Translations under genes and position numbers: made by a program
Shown here: positions 1 through 11,576 of the stretch, piece by piece
How positions within the stretch are numbered: the stretch's first letter is position 1
Layout of the letters: each line of letters begins with the position of its first letter
Source: a virus
Length of the DNA: 64,000 nt
Virus record (IMG/VR): IMGVR_UViG_3300030333_002885
Span: 1-64,000 of that record
Reading direction: 5' to 3' (one strand)
The notes under the pieces: generated by a model
The model's input: the letters and a program-made list of their open reading frames with translations, nothing else
Databases searched by the model: none
What the model was told of the DNA's origin: nothing

Positions 1-99
1 ATGGAAGTAATGCACGAGCGTAATGCTCACAACTTCCCACTTGACTTAGCATCTGCTGAGACATCTGAGGTTGCACTCATTGCTCCTTCTGTAGGTTAA
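1..99 (+). CDS. psbA: Photosystem II D1 protein, C-terminal fragment
   Basis: Translates [32 protein letters not shown], the D1 C-terminus. Confidence 0.98.
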   Translation: MEVMHERNAHNFPLDLASAETSEVALIAPSVG

Positions 100-194
100 T
101 GAAATTAAAAAGACCATTGAAACACTGCAAGTTATCCCAGATGCAATTCTTTTACTGGGATGAGTTGCCTGAAGATGATGAGTCTGATATAATA

Positions 195-220
195 GGGGGG
201 TCAAACGACCCCCTTTTTTT
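195..220 (+). terminator. Rho-independent terminator after psbA
   Basis: GGGGGTC-AAAC-GACCCCC followed by T7. Confidence 0.85.
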
Positions 221-310
221 ATGCACTTATTATTAACATTGATTTGTATTGGTCTAATAGCATTAGCAATTGTATTTTCAATTCTTAACCGTTACGATCC
301 ACATGGATAA
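221..310 (+). CDS. Small membrane peptide (29 aa)
   Basis: MHLLLTLICIGLIALAIVFSILNRYDPHG; one hydrophobic helix; overlaps the next start codon. Confidence 0.5.
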   Translation: MHLLLTLICIGLIALAIVFSILNRYDPHG

Positions 311-557
311 AATAGATACACAAGGGATGAGTGGTCCTCCTACCAGAGGTAGTAAGGATAATGTATTTCCTAAGGATGAGAATGGTGAACCTATCTATCC
401 ACCATTTAATCCTACACCATTAACATTACTTGAACCTAAACTTAGGGAAGAACTTAAGGAGTTGATTAATGAAGTATTGGATGAGAGAGAACATCAGAAA
501 AGATTGCAAGGACCATACGATATATACGAAGATGATGATGCAGTCGGGAGTGTATGA
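303..557 (+). CDS. Hypothetical protein
   Basis: ORF-track ORF with start moved to the ATG at 303; stop overlaps next start. Confidence 0.6.
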   Translation: MDKIDTQGMSGPPTRGSKDNVFPKDENGEPIYPPFNPTPLTLLEPKLREELKELINEVLDEREHQKRLQGPYDIYEDDDAVGSV

Positions 558-883
558 AGAAGCTGACAAAGGAGGAGATTGGGTACAAGACCACAGATAA
601 ATTATCTAAGATGTGGTTACTCAATCCTCACGACCATCATTTTCTCTATCAGAGAGATGATGGTTCTTACTATGGATTTACTCACATGAAAGGAGAGGAT
701 CCAGAGGAATGGTTTTGGGAGGCACATGGTATACAACTAGAGTTGTTTCCACCACCACCTCCTAAGAAGATTACATTCACACAAGAGCAACTTGATCGTG
801 CTCCCCATCATAATATTCTAGAAAAATATTATGGTAAAGATTGGAAACCTGTACCACAAGAAGGATTGGAGGATCACTTCTAA
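554..883 (+). CDS. Hypothetical protein
   Basis: 109-aa ORF, translationally coupled on both sides. Confidence 0.65.
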   Translation: MKKLTKEEIGYKTTDKLSKMWLLNPHDHHFLYQRDDGSYYGFTHMKGEDPEEWFWEAHGIQLELFPPPPPKKITFTQEQLDRAPHHNILEKYYGKDWKPVPQEGLEDHF

Positions 884-1005
884 TGAGAACACAGAACAAA
901 GAAAACTATTACTATGTCTTTTGGGTCGTAGCAATGGTAGCTTTTATTATCCCTCAAGTATTCACTGCCTATGGCATTCTTAAAATAGTGGAGTATCTAC
1001 AATGA
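883..1005 (+). CDS. Small membrane protein (40 aa)
   Basis: MRTQNKENYYYVFWVVAMVAFIIPQVFTAYGILKIVEYLQ; TAATG and ATGA overlaps with neighbours. Confidence 0.6.
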   Translation: MRTQNKENYYYVFWVVAMVAFIIPQVFTAYGILKIVEYLQ

Positions 1006-1506
1006 GACTAGCTGTTATGTGCTCTGGAGAGGGTACAAACTTCGAGAACATAGTACACTCATGTCCTAAGCATGATGTTGTACTCATGGTGTATAACAAA
1101 AAGAAATGTAAGGCAAGGAAGAGAGCAGAAAGACTAGACATACCTTGCGTCTACAGTAAGGATGAGGATGATATTATTAAGATTCTCCATGCATATAATG
1201 TTGATATGATTGTCATGGCAGGGTGGATGAAGATAGTCTCTAAGAAATTCTGTGATGAATTTCCTGGTAGAATAATTAATTTACATCCATCATTACTTCC
1301 AAAGTACAAAGGACTTAATGCTATAGAGCAAGCACTTAAAGCAGGTGAATGTGAAACAGGATGCACTGTTCATTTTGTTAACGAATATCTTGACTCAGGT
1401 GCTATAATAAAGCAACAACAAGTTCCTATTCTTCCTGGAGAAACAGTTGAATCTTTAACAAGAGCAGTTCAACAATGTGAACATCACCTTCTACCCCTAG
1501 TCATCA

Positions 1507-1517
<11 letters not shown>
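1002..1517 (+). CDS. purN: Phosphoribosylglycinamide formyltransferase
   Basis: SGEGTNF, AGWMKI, INLHPSLLPKYKG, TGCTVHFV and LDSGAII motifs. Confidence 0.95.
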
Positions 1518-2385
<868 letters not shown>

Positions 2386-2405
<20 letters not shown>

Positions 2406-2973
2406 AGAGAAATTATTATTTCCTACAAAAATAATAGTTTCTGAAGATTCAGATTTTATGTCGTATAGACATGATCTAATAACATGGATGATAGATTATT
2501 CACATAAACATGAAACAAATCATAGGAGTAATTATGGTGGGTATCAAAGTCCAGATAATTTTTACTTAGAAGAATCTTTTGCACCATTATTAAATAGAAT
2601 ATCAGAACATATTGTTGCAACTAAAAAAGAATATTGTAAAGATACTGTGTTGGAGTGGGATAAACTAAGACTATGTAATATGTGGTTTAATTTTAATCAT
2701 AAGTATTGTTATAATGTAACTCATACTCATCCAGGATGTTTACTCGCTGGTGTTTTATGGATACGAATACCAGATGATGTAGACCCTCCTCCAATTAAGT
2801 TCGAGGATCCAATGGCATTTGTTACTTCAGAGATCATGGATGATACTCATATAAATTTTACTCCTGTTGACGGACAGATGGCTATGTTCCCTGCACATAT
2901 ACCTCATAGAGTTGATATAAATGATAGTGATCAGACTCGTATCTCACTATCATTTAATTTGGTGAATCACTAA
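2386..2973 (+). CDS. 2OG-Fe(II) oxygenase (TIGR02466-like)
   Basis: GGYQS, WFNFN, HTHPG, FPAHIPHRV and RISLSFN motifs. Confidence 0.85.
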
Positions 2974-3461
2974 TGAATAAAGAAGTTAAAGATAATTTTT
3001 TAGAGAAGGATTACTTTGAACATCTTAAGAAAGAAGTATCAGGGTGTAATTTTCCTTGGCTTTATCAATCAAATGTTGCTAACTATGGTGAGGCACAGGC
3101 AGATCATTTTTATTTTGTTCATAGATTATATGAGGATCATGTACCTGAAAGTAGTTTCTTTGAAGAGATTAAACCTGTACTAAAACAATTGAATGTTGCA
3201 GCTCTTATCAGAGCAAGGATATTGTTGTATGTTAATCAAGGTAAGCAGATCATTCATGAGAGACATACTGATTATCCTTTTCCTCATGGTGCAGCTTTAG
3301 TTTATCTTAATACTTGTAATGGTTTTACAGAGTTTGATGATGGTGAGAGGGTATTGAATAAGGAGAATAGATTAGTAACCTTTGATGGATCTAAGGAACA
3401 TAGCAGTTCTACCTGTACTGATGAGAAGATGAGATTGGTTCTAGCAATTAATTACTTCTGA
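2973..3461 (+). CDS. 2OG-Fe(II) oxygenase-like protein
   Basis: HTD, YLN..NGFT, NRLVTFDG..H, RLVLAINY. Confidence 0.8.
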   Translation: MNKEVKDNFLEKDYFEHLKKEVSGCNFPWLYQSNVANYGEAQADHFYFVHRLYEDHVPESSFFEEIKPVLKQLNVAALIRARILLYVNQGKQIIHERHTDYPFPHGAALVYLNTCNGFTEFDDGERVLNKENRLVTFDGSKEHSSSTCTDEKMRLVLAINYF

Positions 3462-3467
3462 TAAATA
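3460..3467 (+). promoter_or_regulatory. T4-type late promoter (GATAAATA)
   Basis: One-mismatch TATAAATA just upstream of a structural operon. Confidence 0.6.
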
Positions 3468-3492
3468 ACTTAGAAGCGTCTGAGCCTAGATA

Positions 3493-3957
3493 ATGCCCAC
3501 CGCAATTAAGCCAAAACGAAGTACTACCATCGGACAGATTCCAGGTCTGTCCGATCTCCAAGATGGAGAGATGGCCATTAATATTGTAGACCAAAAGATC
3601 TACATTAGAAATGGTAATAATATTGAGACGGTTGCTTCTGCTGCTACTGGTGCGGTTCCTGTATGGAATTACCAGAATGCAAACGCTGCTTTCGTTGTTA
3701 ACAAACGGTATGTAATTGATACATCTGCTGGAGAATTAACTTTCTCGATGCCCACTGTGGGATTATCAGTTGGAGATAGTATCGAACTCCATGATGCAGC
3801 AAATACTTGGCACATAAATAATGTTATTATTACTGACGCTGTGAATAAATTTCGGGATGCAATCGGAAATATAGAGGATCCCCCTCTAATTTTAGATGTT
3901 TCTACGATCACTGTTATGCTTTTATGGAACGGATCTTACTGGAGCATTGTTAGCTGA
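3493..3957 (+). CDS. Virion structural protein (tail-fibre proximal-type domain)
   Basis: IKPKRS...DGEMAIN..DQKIY N-terminus; C-terminal domain resembles the end of the 4320 protein. Confidence 0.65.
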   Translation: MPTAIKPKRSTTIGQIPGLSDLQDGEMAINIVDQKIYIRNGNNIETVASAATGAVPVWNYQNANAAFVVNKRYVIDTSAGELTFSMPTVGLSVGDSIELHDAANTWHINNVIITDAVNKFRDAIGNIEDPPLILDVSTITVMLLWNGSYWSIVS

Positions 3958-4307
3958 TGGCACTTACACTAAGTAACTCACACTTCCAACCCAAAGATTC
4001 TAAAGGCTACTATGTTTATGCTTTAAGAAGGGATGATGAAGATATGCTTCATCTTACTAAGGTGAGCACAGCATCTACTACTGAAACTTTTGAACCATTT
4101 AGATTGGATGGTACACAGGTAGAAGGCTTCGGCGACTACCAAGATTATGTGGAGGAGACTACGGAACAAAAATCCTTAAGCAACCATCCACAAGATAAAT
4201 ATCAACAGATTCGCTATGACAGGCGAAACATAAATTATTTCCTAGATTCTGATGGATATTTAGTCCTTCAAGTCAATGGATCCCACACTTACTCTGGACC
4301 TGTATAA
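3957..4307 (+). CDS. Putative virion structural protein
   Basis: Coupled ORF in a late operon. Confidence 0.6.
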   Translation: MALTLSNSHFQPKDSKGYYVYALRRDDEDMLHLTKVSTASTTETFEPFRLDGTQVEGFGDYQDYVEETTEQKSLSNHPQDKYQQIRYDRRNINYFLDSDGYLVLQVNGSHTYSGPV

Positions 4308-4319
4308 AGAGCACTAACA

Positions 4320-7300
4320 ATGGCAGAATTTAGACTTGGCAGACTGAAGTTCAACTGGCGTGGAGACTGGACAACATCCACCGCCTATGTTGTAGACGAC
4401 ATCGTGAGATTCGGTGCGACTTCATATGTCTGTATCGGTAACCATACCTCACAAAACTTAGAAGCAAACTTCACTAGTGATGCTGCTAATTGGCAGACTC
4501 ATACTAGTGGTTTTGATTATAAAGGCGAGTGGACTGCCTCTACAGCATATGTCGTAGACGATGTTGTACAGGAAGGTGGTAATCTTTATATCTGTACGAG
4601 TCAGCATACCTCTACTGGTTTATCTAGTGATTGGTATAGCACTGATTTCCCTGCAAGATGGGAACTCTACGCAGAAGGTCTTAACTTCAGGGGTAACCTT
4701 ACAACTAATACCTACTATGGTATTAATGATGTTGTAACTTTTGGTGTCCAAGATTATCGTTGTATAGCACCTGTCCAGATTGCTGGAGACATTCATTCTA
4801 AGACTACCGACCCTAATGGTATTGGATCAGATGGATTCTATCCACCTGCTGCTAATTTTAGTGCATTTTCTGCTGCATATAATAATGAGGGATCTTATAT
4901 TGCTACTTCAAGGTATGAGAGAGGAGATATTGTTGAGTATAAGGGATCTACTTATGTTGCTATTGGTACTAACCCACAAGCTAAACAGCCTAACGAGAAC
5001 CCAGACGAATGGAAGTTCCTTAACTTAGGTATTGGTACAGGTGGTAATGATGCATGGGATCAAACTTCAGACTATGCTAAAGGTCAACTTGTAAGATTTG
5101 GTGGTAACACCTATCAAGCTGATGCATTAAAGATTGAGGCATGGCAGAGACCAACAGGTATTGGTAGTACTACAGTAGACACAGGTATTAATGGTTGGTC
5201 ACTAGTTCATCGTGGATTTAATTGGACTGGTGCTTATGTAACATCAACCTACTATGAGATTGGTGACATCGCTGAGTTCCAGTCTTCAGCATACATTTCA
5301 GTTGCATCTACTAACTACGGAACAACTCCTGGTACTGATCCAACTATATGGCAAGCATTTGCTATCGGAGATAGTGCAGCACTCTTAACGACTAAGGGTG
5401 ACCTACTCACTAGAAACGGTACAGGCCCAACGAGACAGGGTATTGGTACTCAAGGTACATTCCTGAATGTAAGTACGAGTGATGAAATTACATGGGAATT
5501 TGCTGCTAAAAGAACTAAAGTTTATTATGTTGACGCACAGAGGGGATCGAACGCTAAGTCTGGAGAGTCTCCCGACGCTGCATTCGGAACCATTGCGTTT
5601 GCATGTACATCAACAAATCCACAGTTAGATATTGTTGATGCAGTATATGATAATACAACTGGTATTACTACCATTTCTACAGCAACCAACCACGGTATGT
5701 TCGTGGGTGGTGAGATTAAATTAGTCGGACTACACTTCACTTGTGCCTCTGGATTAGGTCCAGGTACTGACTTCCCATCAGGTTTAGAGGGTTACTACTT
5801 TACTATCTCTGGTATTAATAGTGACAGACAGTTCGTAACTCGTGTTGGTGCTTCAACAATACCACACACATATTCAAATCCTCAGCCTGCTGGATCATTA
5901 AACCAAGTTACTAACGCAGCACCAGTTATTCTAAAACTATCTGCTGGTGTGTTCAATGAGGACTTACCTATTGTTCTACCTAAGAACTTCTCCATCGCTG
6001 GTGATGTTCTAAGAGGTTCAACAGTTCAACCTAACTCAGGTGTATCGACTGATGGTGTCACACCGAATGATCGTTCAACGATGTTCTATGTGTCTGACGC
6101 TACAACAATTCAGGGTATTACTATGAAGGGATTGAAAGGATTCGACTATGATCCTGCTGATCCATTCAATACAGATTTAATGCAACACAAGGTTGGTGTT
6201 GGTACTACTGCTTGCGGTGTGTATGTAAGACTCAACCCTAACGAATCTATCCTAACAAGATCTCCATACATCAAAGACTGTACTACATTCTCTGATGTTG
6301 CTAAAGATGGAACAGGTCATGGTGGTGGTATTGGTGTTCTAATTGAGGGTGGACAACATCACTTGAACCCAGAAGGTGCAGGATATAAGTCTATGGTGTT
6401 TGATGCATTTACTAACATCCATTCCGATGGTGTTGGATTTATGCTAGAAGATGACGCTGTTGCTGAAGTTGTATCTTGCTTCACATACTACTGTCGTTTC
6501 GGTTACTTCTCTGATGATGGATCTGAGATCAGATCTCTATCAGGTAACAACTCTTATGGTACTTACGGTTCTGTTGCTACAGGATTCTCTACTCATGAGG
6601 TTCCAAGACCAGGAAAACTTTACGGTGATAAGATGGTCACCGTTGTGGGTACTTATGTTGGTACTCTTGCTGTTGGTGCTACTATGCGTGGTACTGTATC
6701 AGGTGCTCGTGCTACCTTAACTAATGATCAGTCTGCTGCTGACGCTATCTACTTCAAGTACAATACTGGATTTGGTAACACATCTAGTGAACCTGCTCTC
6801 ATTAACGGTGCAGTAGGTATGGGTACTACAGTATTCACTCCTGGTGAGTATGTTGAACTTGATTCTGTTGGTGCAGGTGCTACTGGATACTTCCGAGTTG
6901 GTACAGGTGCTAACGCTGTTGCTGGACAGAAAGATATTCTTCTTGAGGTTGCTGGACTATCCACTACTCCTACGGTTGGAGATGCGATAGGATTCACAAC
7001 AGTTGGTCTGGGATTCTCCGATACGAACACTTATATTGTTAGAACACAGACGAATTATGTTGAGGGTAATAAGTTTGATGTTAATGAGGCAATCTATGAT
7101 CCTAATGTAGGTATCGTAACAGTCTATACATCAGAACCTCACAACTTACTCTACGGAGATTATATTAGAGTTACTACTGGATCTCTCTGCTTTACTTGTG
7201 ATAAGGATGGTAACATATCATCTACTGCATATCCTAGAGCGACTGACCCAATCGCTAACCAGCCAATTCCTGTTCTTACAGGTACTGGTTCAACAACTCT

Positions 7301-8351
7301 AGTCTTTAACTGCTTAAACACTAGTGGTGAAAATGAAGCATCTACTTATACTGGAGACCATGCATACATTGGTATGCAAGGTGGTATAGGTAAGACATCT
7401 ACTGATGCAATCCTTGCTGCTACTGGTCGTGCTACTGTTACTATCGCTCCTGGAAAAGGAGGCTCACCTGATATAGGTAATGACGGTCAAGAATTTGTAA
7501 TGAGAAGTAAGTTCTCCAAGATCAGACTAACTGGTCATGACTTCCTACTCATTGGTGTTGGTAACACAACTGAAACAAATTATCCTAATGTAAATGAGAA
7601 CAATGCTTCTCAGGGTAATGAGACTACGATTCAGAACACTGGTAAGATCTTCTTCGTATCTACTGACCAAGGAGGTAACTTCAGGGTTGGAGAATACTTC
7701 TCAGTTAACCAGTTAACTGGTGCTGCTACCTTGGACGCTTCCGCATTCAACCTTTCTGGTTTGACCGAACTACGATTGGGTGCTATCGGTGGTCAGATTG
7801 GTGAAGCGATTAACGAATTCTCCTCTGATGAAACAATGAGTGGAGATTCTAACCTCGCTGTTCCTACTGAGAAAGCAACTCGTGGATTCCTAACGAGAGG
7901 TAAGATGGATGGAACATCTGGCATCTTAGTTCCTCCTCGTGGTGCTCAGTCAGGTAGACCTACTGGTGCTGACTTACTAGAAGGTGGTCTCCGTTATGAC
8001 ACTGATGCTAATGGATTTGAATTCTACAATGGTACAGGATGGTTACCACTAGGTGCTTACGCTAATGTTAATGTAACTGGTAACGGTACTACTCTTAAGA
8101 ACAAAGAGCAAGCATTCTGTAACACAACAAGCGGTTCATTTACCATCACGCTACCTGGATCTCCAGTCCAAGGTGACACAATTAGAATCTTTGATGTCGC
8201 AGACACATTTGATTCCAGTCCATTAACTATCAATAGAAACGGCAACCCAATCATGGGTGATGCTCAAGACATGACAGTTAATACTGAGGGTGCTGCATTT
8301 GAAATGGTCTTCTATGATGGCGTACAAGGATGGAGAATTATCACCATCTAA
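4320..8351 (+). CDS. Large virion/tail-fibre protein with W-x4-Y-x2-D-x-V carbohydrate-binding-like repeats
   Basis: 1343 aa; repeats such as WTTSTAYVVDDIV; central region resembling a beta-helix. Confidence 0.75.
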   Translation: MAEFRLGRLKFNWRGDWTTSTAYVVDDIVRFGATSYVCIGNHTSQNLEANFTSDAANWQTHTSGFDYKGEWTASTAYVVDDVVQEGGNLYICTSQHTSTGLSSDWYSTDFPARWELYAEGLNFRGNLTTNTYYGINDVVTFGVQDYRCIAPVQIAGDIHSKTTDPNGIGSDGFYPPAANFSAFSAAYNNEGSYIATSRYERGDIVEYKGSTYVAIGTNPQAKQPNENPDEWKFLNLGIGTGGNDAWDQTSDYAKGQLVRFGGNTYQADALKIEAWQRPTGIGSTTVDTGINGWSLVHRGFNWTGAYVTSTYYEIGDIAEFQSSAYISVASTNYGTTPGTDPTIWQAFAIGDSAALLTTKGDLLTRNGTGPTRQGIGTQGTFLNVSTSDEITWEFAAKRTKVYYVDAQRGSNAKSGESPDAAFGTIAFACTSTNPQLDIVDAVYDNTTGITTISTATNHGMFVGGEIKLVGLHFTCASGLGPGTDFPSGLEGYYFTISGINSDRQFVTRVGASTIPHTYSNPQPAGSLNQVTNAAPVILKLSAGVFNEDLPIVLPKNFSIAGDVLRGSTVQPNSGVSTDGVTPNDRSTMFYVSDATTIQGITMKGLKGFDYDPADPFNTDLMQHKVGVGTTACGVYVRLNPNESILTRSPYIKDCTTFSDVAKDGTGHGGGIGVLIEGGQHHLNPEGAGYKSMVFDAFTNIHSDGVGFMLEDDAVAEVVSCFTYYCRFGYFSDDGSEIRSLSGNNSYGTYGSVATGFSTHEVPRPGKLYGDKMVTVVGTYVGTLAVGATMRGTVSGARATLTNDQSAADAIYFKYNTGFGNTSSEPALINGAVGMGTTVFTPGEYVELDSVGAGATGYFRVGTGANAVAGQKDILLEVAGLSTTPTVGDAIGFTTVGLGFSDTNTYIVRTQTNYVEGNKFDVNEAIYDPNVGIVTVYTSEPHNLLYGDYIRVTTGSLCFTCDKDGNISSTAYPRATDPIANQPIPVLTGTGSTTLVFNCLNTSGENEASTYTGDHAYIGMQGGIGKTSTDAILAATGRATVTIAPGKGGSPDIGNDGQEFVMRSKFSKIRLTGHDFLLIGVGNTTETNYPNVNENNASQGNETTIQNTGKIFFVSTDQGGNFRVGEYFSVNQLTGAATLDASAFNLSGLTELRLGAIGGQIGEAINEFSSDETMSGDSNLAVPTEKATRGFLTRGKMDGTSGILVPPRGAQSGRPTGADLLEGGLRYDTDANGFEFYNGTGWLPLGAYANVNVTGNGTTLKNKEQAFCNTTSGSFTITLPGSPVQGDTIRIFDVADTFDSSPLTINRNGNPIMGDAQDMTVNTEGAAFEMVFYDGVQGWRIITI

Positions 8352-8359
8352 TTCCTCAC

Positions 8360-8382
8360 GGGAGTGTCTATCACTCCCTTTT
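8360..8382 (+). terminator. Rho-independent terminator
   Basis: GGGAGTG-TCTAT-CACTCCC-TTTT. Confidence 0.75.
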
Positions 8383-8425
8383 CGTTATATCTTTTTCTAA
8401 ATACTAATACCACAGAGTATCAGCA

Positions 8426-9271
8426 ATGGCTAATTATCAAACATATAAAAAATTGCAGGGGGACCAAGCGGTTATAGCAAACTCGTTAGGACCAGCACAG
8501 GTTAGTGGATTCTCTACTGCTGTAACATGTAGGTACATGTTTAGTAACTGCTGTTACTGGAGTCCATCAAACGGAGGTTGCTGTTGCTTATGGACTGCAC
8601 CAGCTAAGGCATTGACAATTCGATTTGAATTACAAGCATCTGGTGGATCAGGTGGTGGAGGAAGATGTTGCCAGTCTAACATGGGAATTCCTGGTGGATC
8701 TGGTTCTTATGCGATGAAGCAAATATATTCACACAAAGGAGACTATACTCCAGGATCTTCACAATATACAATCTGTGCAGGTGGTAGTAACAGATGTAGT
8801 TGTTGTGGATGCTGTCATGGTAGAACAGGTTGCGGATTCTGTGGTTGCGTAACTTATGTTCAGGGTAGTGGATTGAATAATTTCTGTGCTAACGGTGGTG
8901 CTTGGGGTAGACAGAAGTGTGGTGGTTGGTGCTACAACTGTGCTTACCATGCTCAGTGCAACCAGTGCTACAGTGAGGTTCAGTCTTGCTCATGTGGTTA
9001 CGACTTTGCTATCGGTGGAGTTCGTTCTACATATCACGCTAACCAGTATTGCCATACTGAGTTTAGACAAATGGCATCAGGTGCTTCTGGTCCTTGGGGT
9101 GCTCCAGCATCATACGGAAGAGACTTCTGTTCTAGAGGACCGATTCGTGGATGCTGTAATGGTCACTCACTCTATCCAGGTGGCGGTGGATTTAGTCCAT
9201 CTACTCAAGGTTCTAACTGTTGGGGTGATTGGGGACAAGCAGGTATGGTTGTCGTCACTACATGGTCTTAA
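8426..9271 (+). CDS. Cys/Gly-rich virion protein, putative fibre-tip adhesin
   Basis: About 30 Cys in 281 aa; GGSGGGG, PGGGG and G..GMVVVT glycine-rich motifs. Confidence 0.65.
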   Translation: MANYQTYKKLQGDQAVIANSLGPAQVSGFSTAVTCRYMFSNCCYWSPSNGGCCCLWTAPAKALTIRFELQASGGSGGGGRCCQSNMGIPGGSGSYAMKQIYSHKGDYTPGSSQYTICAGGSNRCSCCGCCHGRTGCGFCGCVTYVQGSGLNNFCANGGAWGRQKCGGWCYNCAYHAQCNQCYSEVQSCSCGYDFAIGGVRSTYHANQYCHTEFRQMASGASGPWGAPASYGRDFCSRGPIRGCCNGHSLYPGGGGFSPSTQGSNCWGDWGQAGMVVVTTWS

Positions 9272-9308
9272 TAAATAACAAATGAAGGAGAACACCTGAA
9301 AAAATCCA

Positions 9309-10016
9309 ATGGCTAACATAAACAAAACATTTTTATTTCCAGTACCTAGTGTTTGGAAGGGACAAGACCAAGACGATGCACAAGTAGGTGTTGACACCTA
9401 TGTTGGTCCACAATATCTTTCTGTTATAATGAAGAAAGATGCTGATGGAAATAGAACTAGTGAGATATTTGATGTATATGATACTAATGGTCCTGAGTTT
9501 CCAACACCACCTATAGATACATATGTTGTTAGTCTAGATGCAGATAAGTATCCTATACATGCTGCTGCTATGTACGGTGGAGTATCAGCACCTCAGAGGA
9601 TAGAAGTTGTATGTGGTCCTTCATCAGAACCTAATCCTAAGATTGAAGATCCTCATCACTTCCATGAAGTGTATGATATGAGATCATTCTATTATGATCC
9701 TGCACTTAATGATGGTGCTGGTGGTTGGTCTACTCCTAGGTTCTCTAATCAACAACCTGATAATGATACACTTGATGATAATAGTTTTGGATGGGATTGG
9801 GTGAGAGCAGAGAGAACTGCTAGACTTAACTCTAGTGACACTCGTATTGCAGAGGACATGCCTGATGCAGTTAAGCAACGCTGGAAGGACTATCGTACTA
9901 AGTTAAGAAATCTCCCACAGGATTGGGCAGGTGTTGGTACTGCAACTCATTTGATTGTATGGCCAATGGATCCTGATGATCAGGACAATCCAAACTTCGT
10001 ACAAGTTGCTGACTAG
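9309..10016 (+). CDS. Tail fibre assembly chaperone-like protein
   Basis: C-terminal W..VRAER..RL..SD...WKDYRTKLRNLPQ motif. Confidence 0.75.
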   Translation: MANINKTFLFPVPSVWKGQDQDDAQVGVDTYVGPQYLSVIMKKDADGNRTSEIFDVYDTNGPEFPTPPIDTYVVSLDADKYPIHAAAMYGGVSAPQRIEVVCGPSSEPNPKIEDPHHFHEVYDMRSFYYDPALNDGAGGWSTPRFSNQQPDNDTLDDNSFGWDWVRAERTARLNSSDTRIAEDMPDAVKQRWKDYRTKLRNLPQDWAGVGTATHLIVWPMDPDDQDNPNFVQVAD

Positions 10017-10048
10017 ACCTGAAACGAAATTCACTTTTTAGTTACCAG

Positions 10049-10093
10049 AATTCGGGAAAAAAATTCCCGAATTTTTTTTGACCTACAGGATTT
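10049..10093. repeat. A-tract dyad element, copy 1 (can also fold as a terminator)
   Basis: TCGGG-AAAAAAATTC-CC-GAATTTTTTTT-GA-CCT-ACAGGATTT; near-identical copy at 23654. Confidence 0.75.
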
Positions 10094-10099
10094 TATAAA

Positions 10100-10831
10100 A
10101 TGTTTGACCTTAATAATGAATTAGAAATTAAAGTTGCTAGAGATATACTAGGCCGAAATGCTGTAGTTGTAGATAATTTTTATAAGAATCCAGATCAGGT
10201 AAGAGAGTTTGCTTTATCTAATATAGACAATAGGGGTAGAGAAGCACCTTCTATACCTGGTGGTAGAATATATGTTGATACTGATGAGGTTAAAGATAAA
10301 TTAAAAGATATTTTTCATACCTTATGTTTTGATCCAGATATATGGAGAAGGGATCAGGTATATGATGAAGATTTTTTTAATGAAAGGTGGGATGAGCAGG
10401 GATTCATGTGTAATGTTATAAATGATGATACTCTTTTAAATAATCCATTAGGTATCATACCTCATCAAGATTATTATCCATGTGATGATGATACCTTTAC
10501 TGGTATTATTAGATCTAGGTATGGATGTGTTATCTATTTAAATACTCCAGAAGAATGTCATGGTGGCACTAATCTTTATAGTTTTGGTGGTAATATAAGT
10601 ATTATGGAGAGAGTTACTAGTGGTATACCTAGATTAAATGATGCAACCCCAACAGAATTGTATAATCATATTAGATCTCACCTAGATAATGGTTACTGTA
10701 GGGTTGAGCACTCATTTGAAATGGTATATAATAGAATGGTATTGTATGAAGCTGATGTTCTTCACGGACAGAACGCAGAGTTAGGATACTTTACTAACTT
10801 TGATCGTATTAACCAAGTACTTTTTATGTAA
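10100..10831 (+). CDS. 2OG-Fe(II) oxygenase-like protein (DUF6445-like)
   Basis: VVDNFYKNPD, PHQD, IYLNTPEEC.GGT, YNRMVLY...LHG, RINQV. Confidence 0.75.
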   Translation: MFDLNNELEIKVARDILGRNAVVVDNFYKNPDQVREFALSNIDNRGREAPSIPGGRIYVDTDEVKDKLKDIFHTLCFDPDIWRRDQVYDEDFFNERWDEQGFMCNVINDDTLLNNPLGIIPHQDYYPCDDDTFTGIIRSRYGCVIYLNTPEECHGGTNLYSFGGNISIMERVTSGIPRLNDATPTELYNHIRSHLDNGYCRVEHSFEMVYNRMVLYEADVLHGQNAELGYFTNFDRINQVLFM

Positions 10832-10832
10832 T

Positions 10833-11576
10833 ATGGATCCTAGATTTGAACTAAATGATTCGTTAGATGTAAAAGTCTTTCAACATAAGGGTAGAGGTGC
10901 AGTCATTATTGATGACTTCTATAAGAATCCTGATGAGGTAAGAAAGTTAGCACTCACTGAACCTATCAGTGATGATGAAAAATTAGTTAGTGGATTTCCT
11001 GGTTGGAGAGTATTTAAAAAATTTGAATTTTTAGATACACGAATCTATGATTTATTCTTAGATTTGTGTTTCGATAATGATATTTGGAGAGCTGAGAGTC
11101 TAGGGGATGTAGCTGGTTTTGATATAAATTGGATGAACGCTGGATTTATGGTGAATATTTTGAATGATTCGTCATTGATGAAAGATCCTCTTGCTATAGT
11201 TCCACATCAAGATGCTTATACTGGTGTAAAAGAACCTGGTCTACCTAATTTTCAGTTTGGTGCTAACATATATTTAAATACTCCAGAGGAATGTGCAGGA
11301 GGGACTGCATGGTATAGTTTTGATGGTAAAATGAGTATACCTAAGAGAGAGATCAGTGGTATTCCAGTGCCACCTAATGCAGATAAGTTATCTAACAGGG
11401 AAATCTTTAATCATGTTAAGAAACATACACTTGGTCCTCGATGGAAACTTGAACATGAGTTTGAGATGGTGTATAATAGAATGGTATTATATCAAGCTGA
11501 TGTCTTACATGGTCAGAGTGTTGACTTGGGTATGTTTACCGACTATAATCGAATGAATCAGGTTCTTTTCATGTAA
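10833..11576 (+). CDS. 2OG-Fe(II) oxygenase-like protein, tandem paralogue of the previous gene
   Basis: Same motifs and an identical FEMVYNRMVLY segment; start moved to the ATG at 10833. Confidence 0.75.
   Translation: MDPRFELNDSLDVKVFQHKGRGAVIIDDFYKNPDEVRKLALTEPISDDEKLVSGFPGWRVFKKFEFLDTRIYDLFLDLCFDNDIWRAESLGDVAGFDINWMNAGFMVNILNDSSLMKDPLAIVPHQDAYTGVKEPGLPNFQFGANIYLNTPEECAGGTAWYSFDGKMSIPKREISGIPVPPNADKLSNREIFNHVKKHTLGPRWKLEHEFEMVYNRMVLYQADVLHGQSVDLGMFTDYNRMNQVLFM

Noticed and set aside
99-236. 45-aa ORF overlapping the psbA stop
   Set aside because: It runs through the terminator hairpin and has no recognisable motif, so it was not listed as a feature
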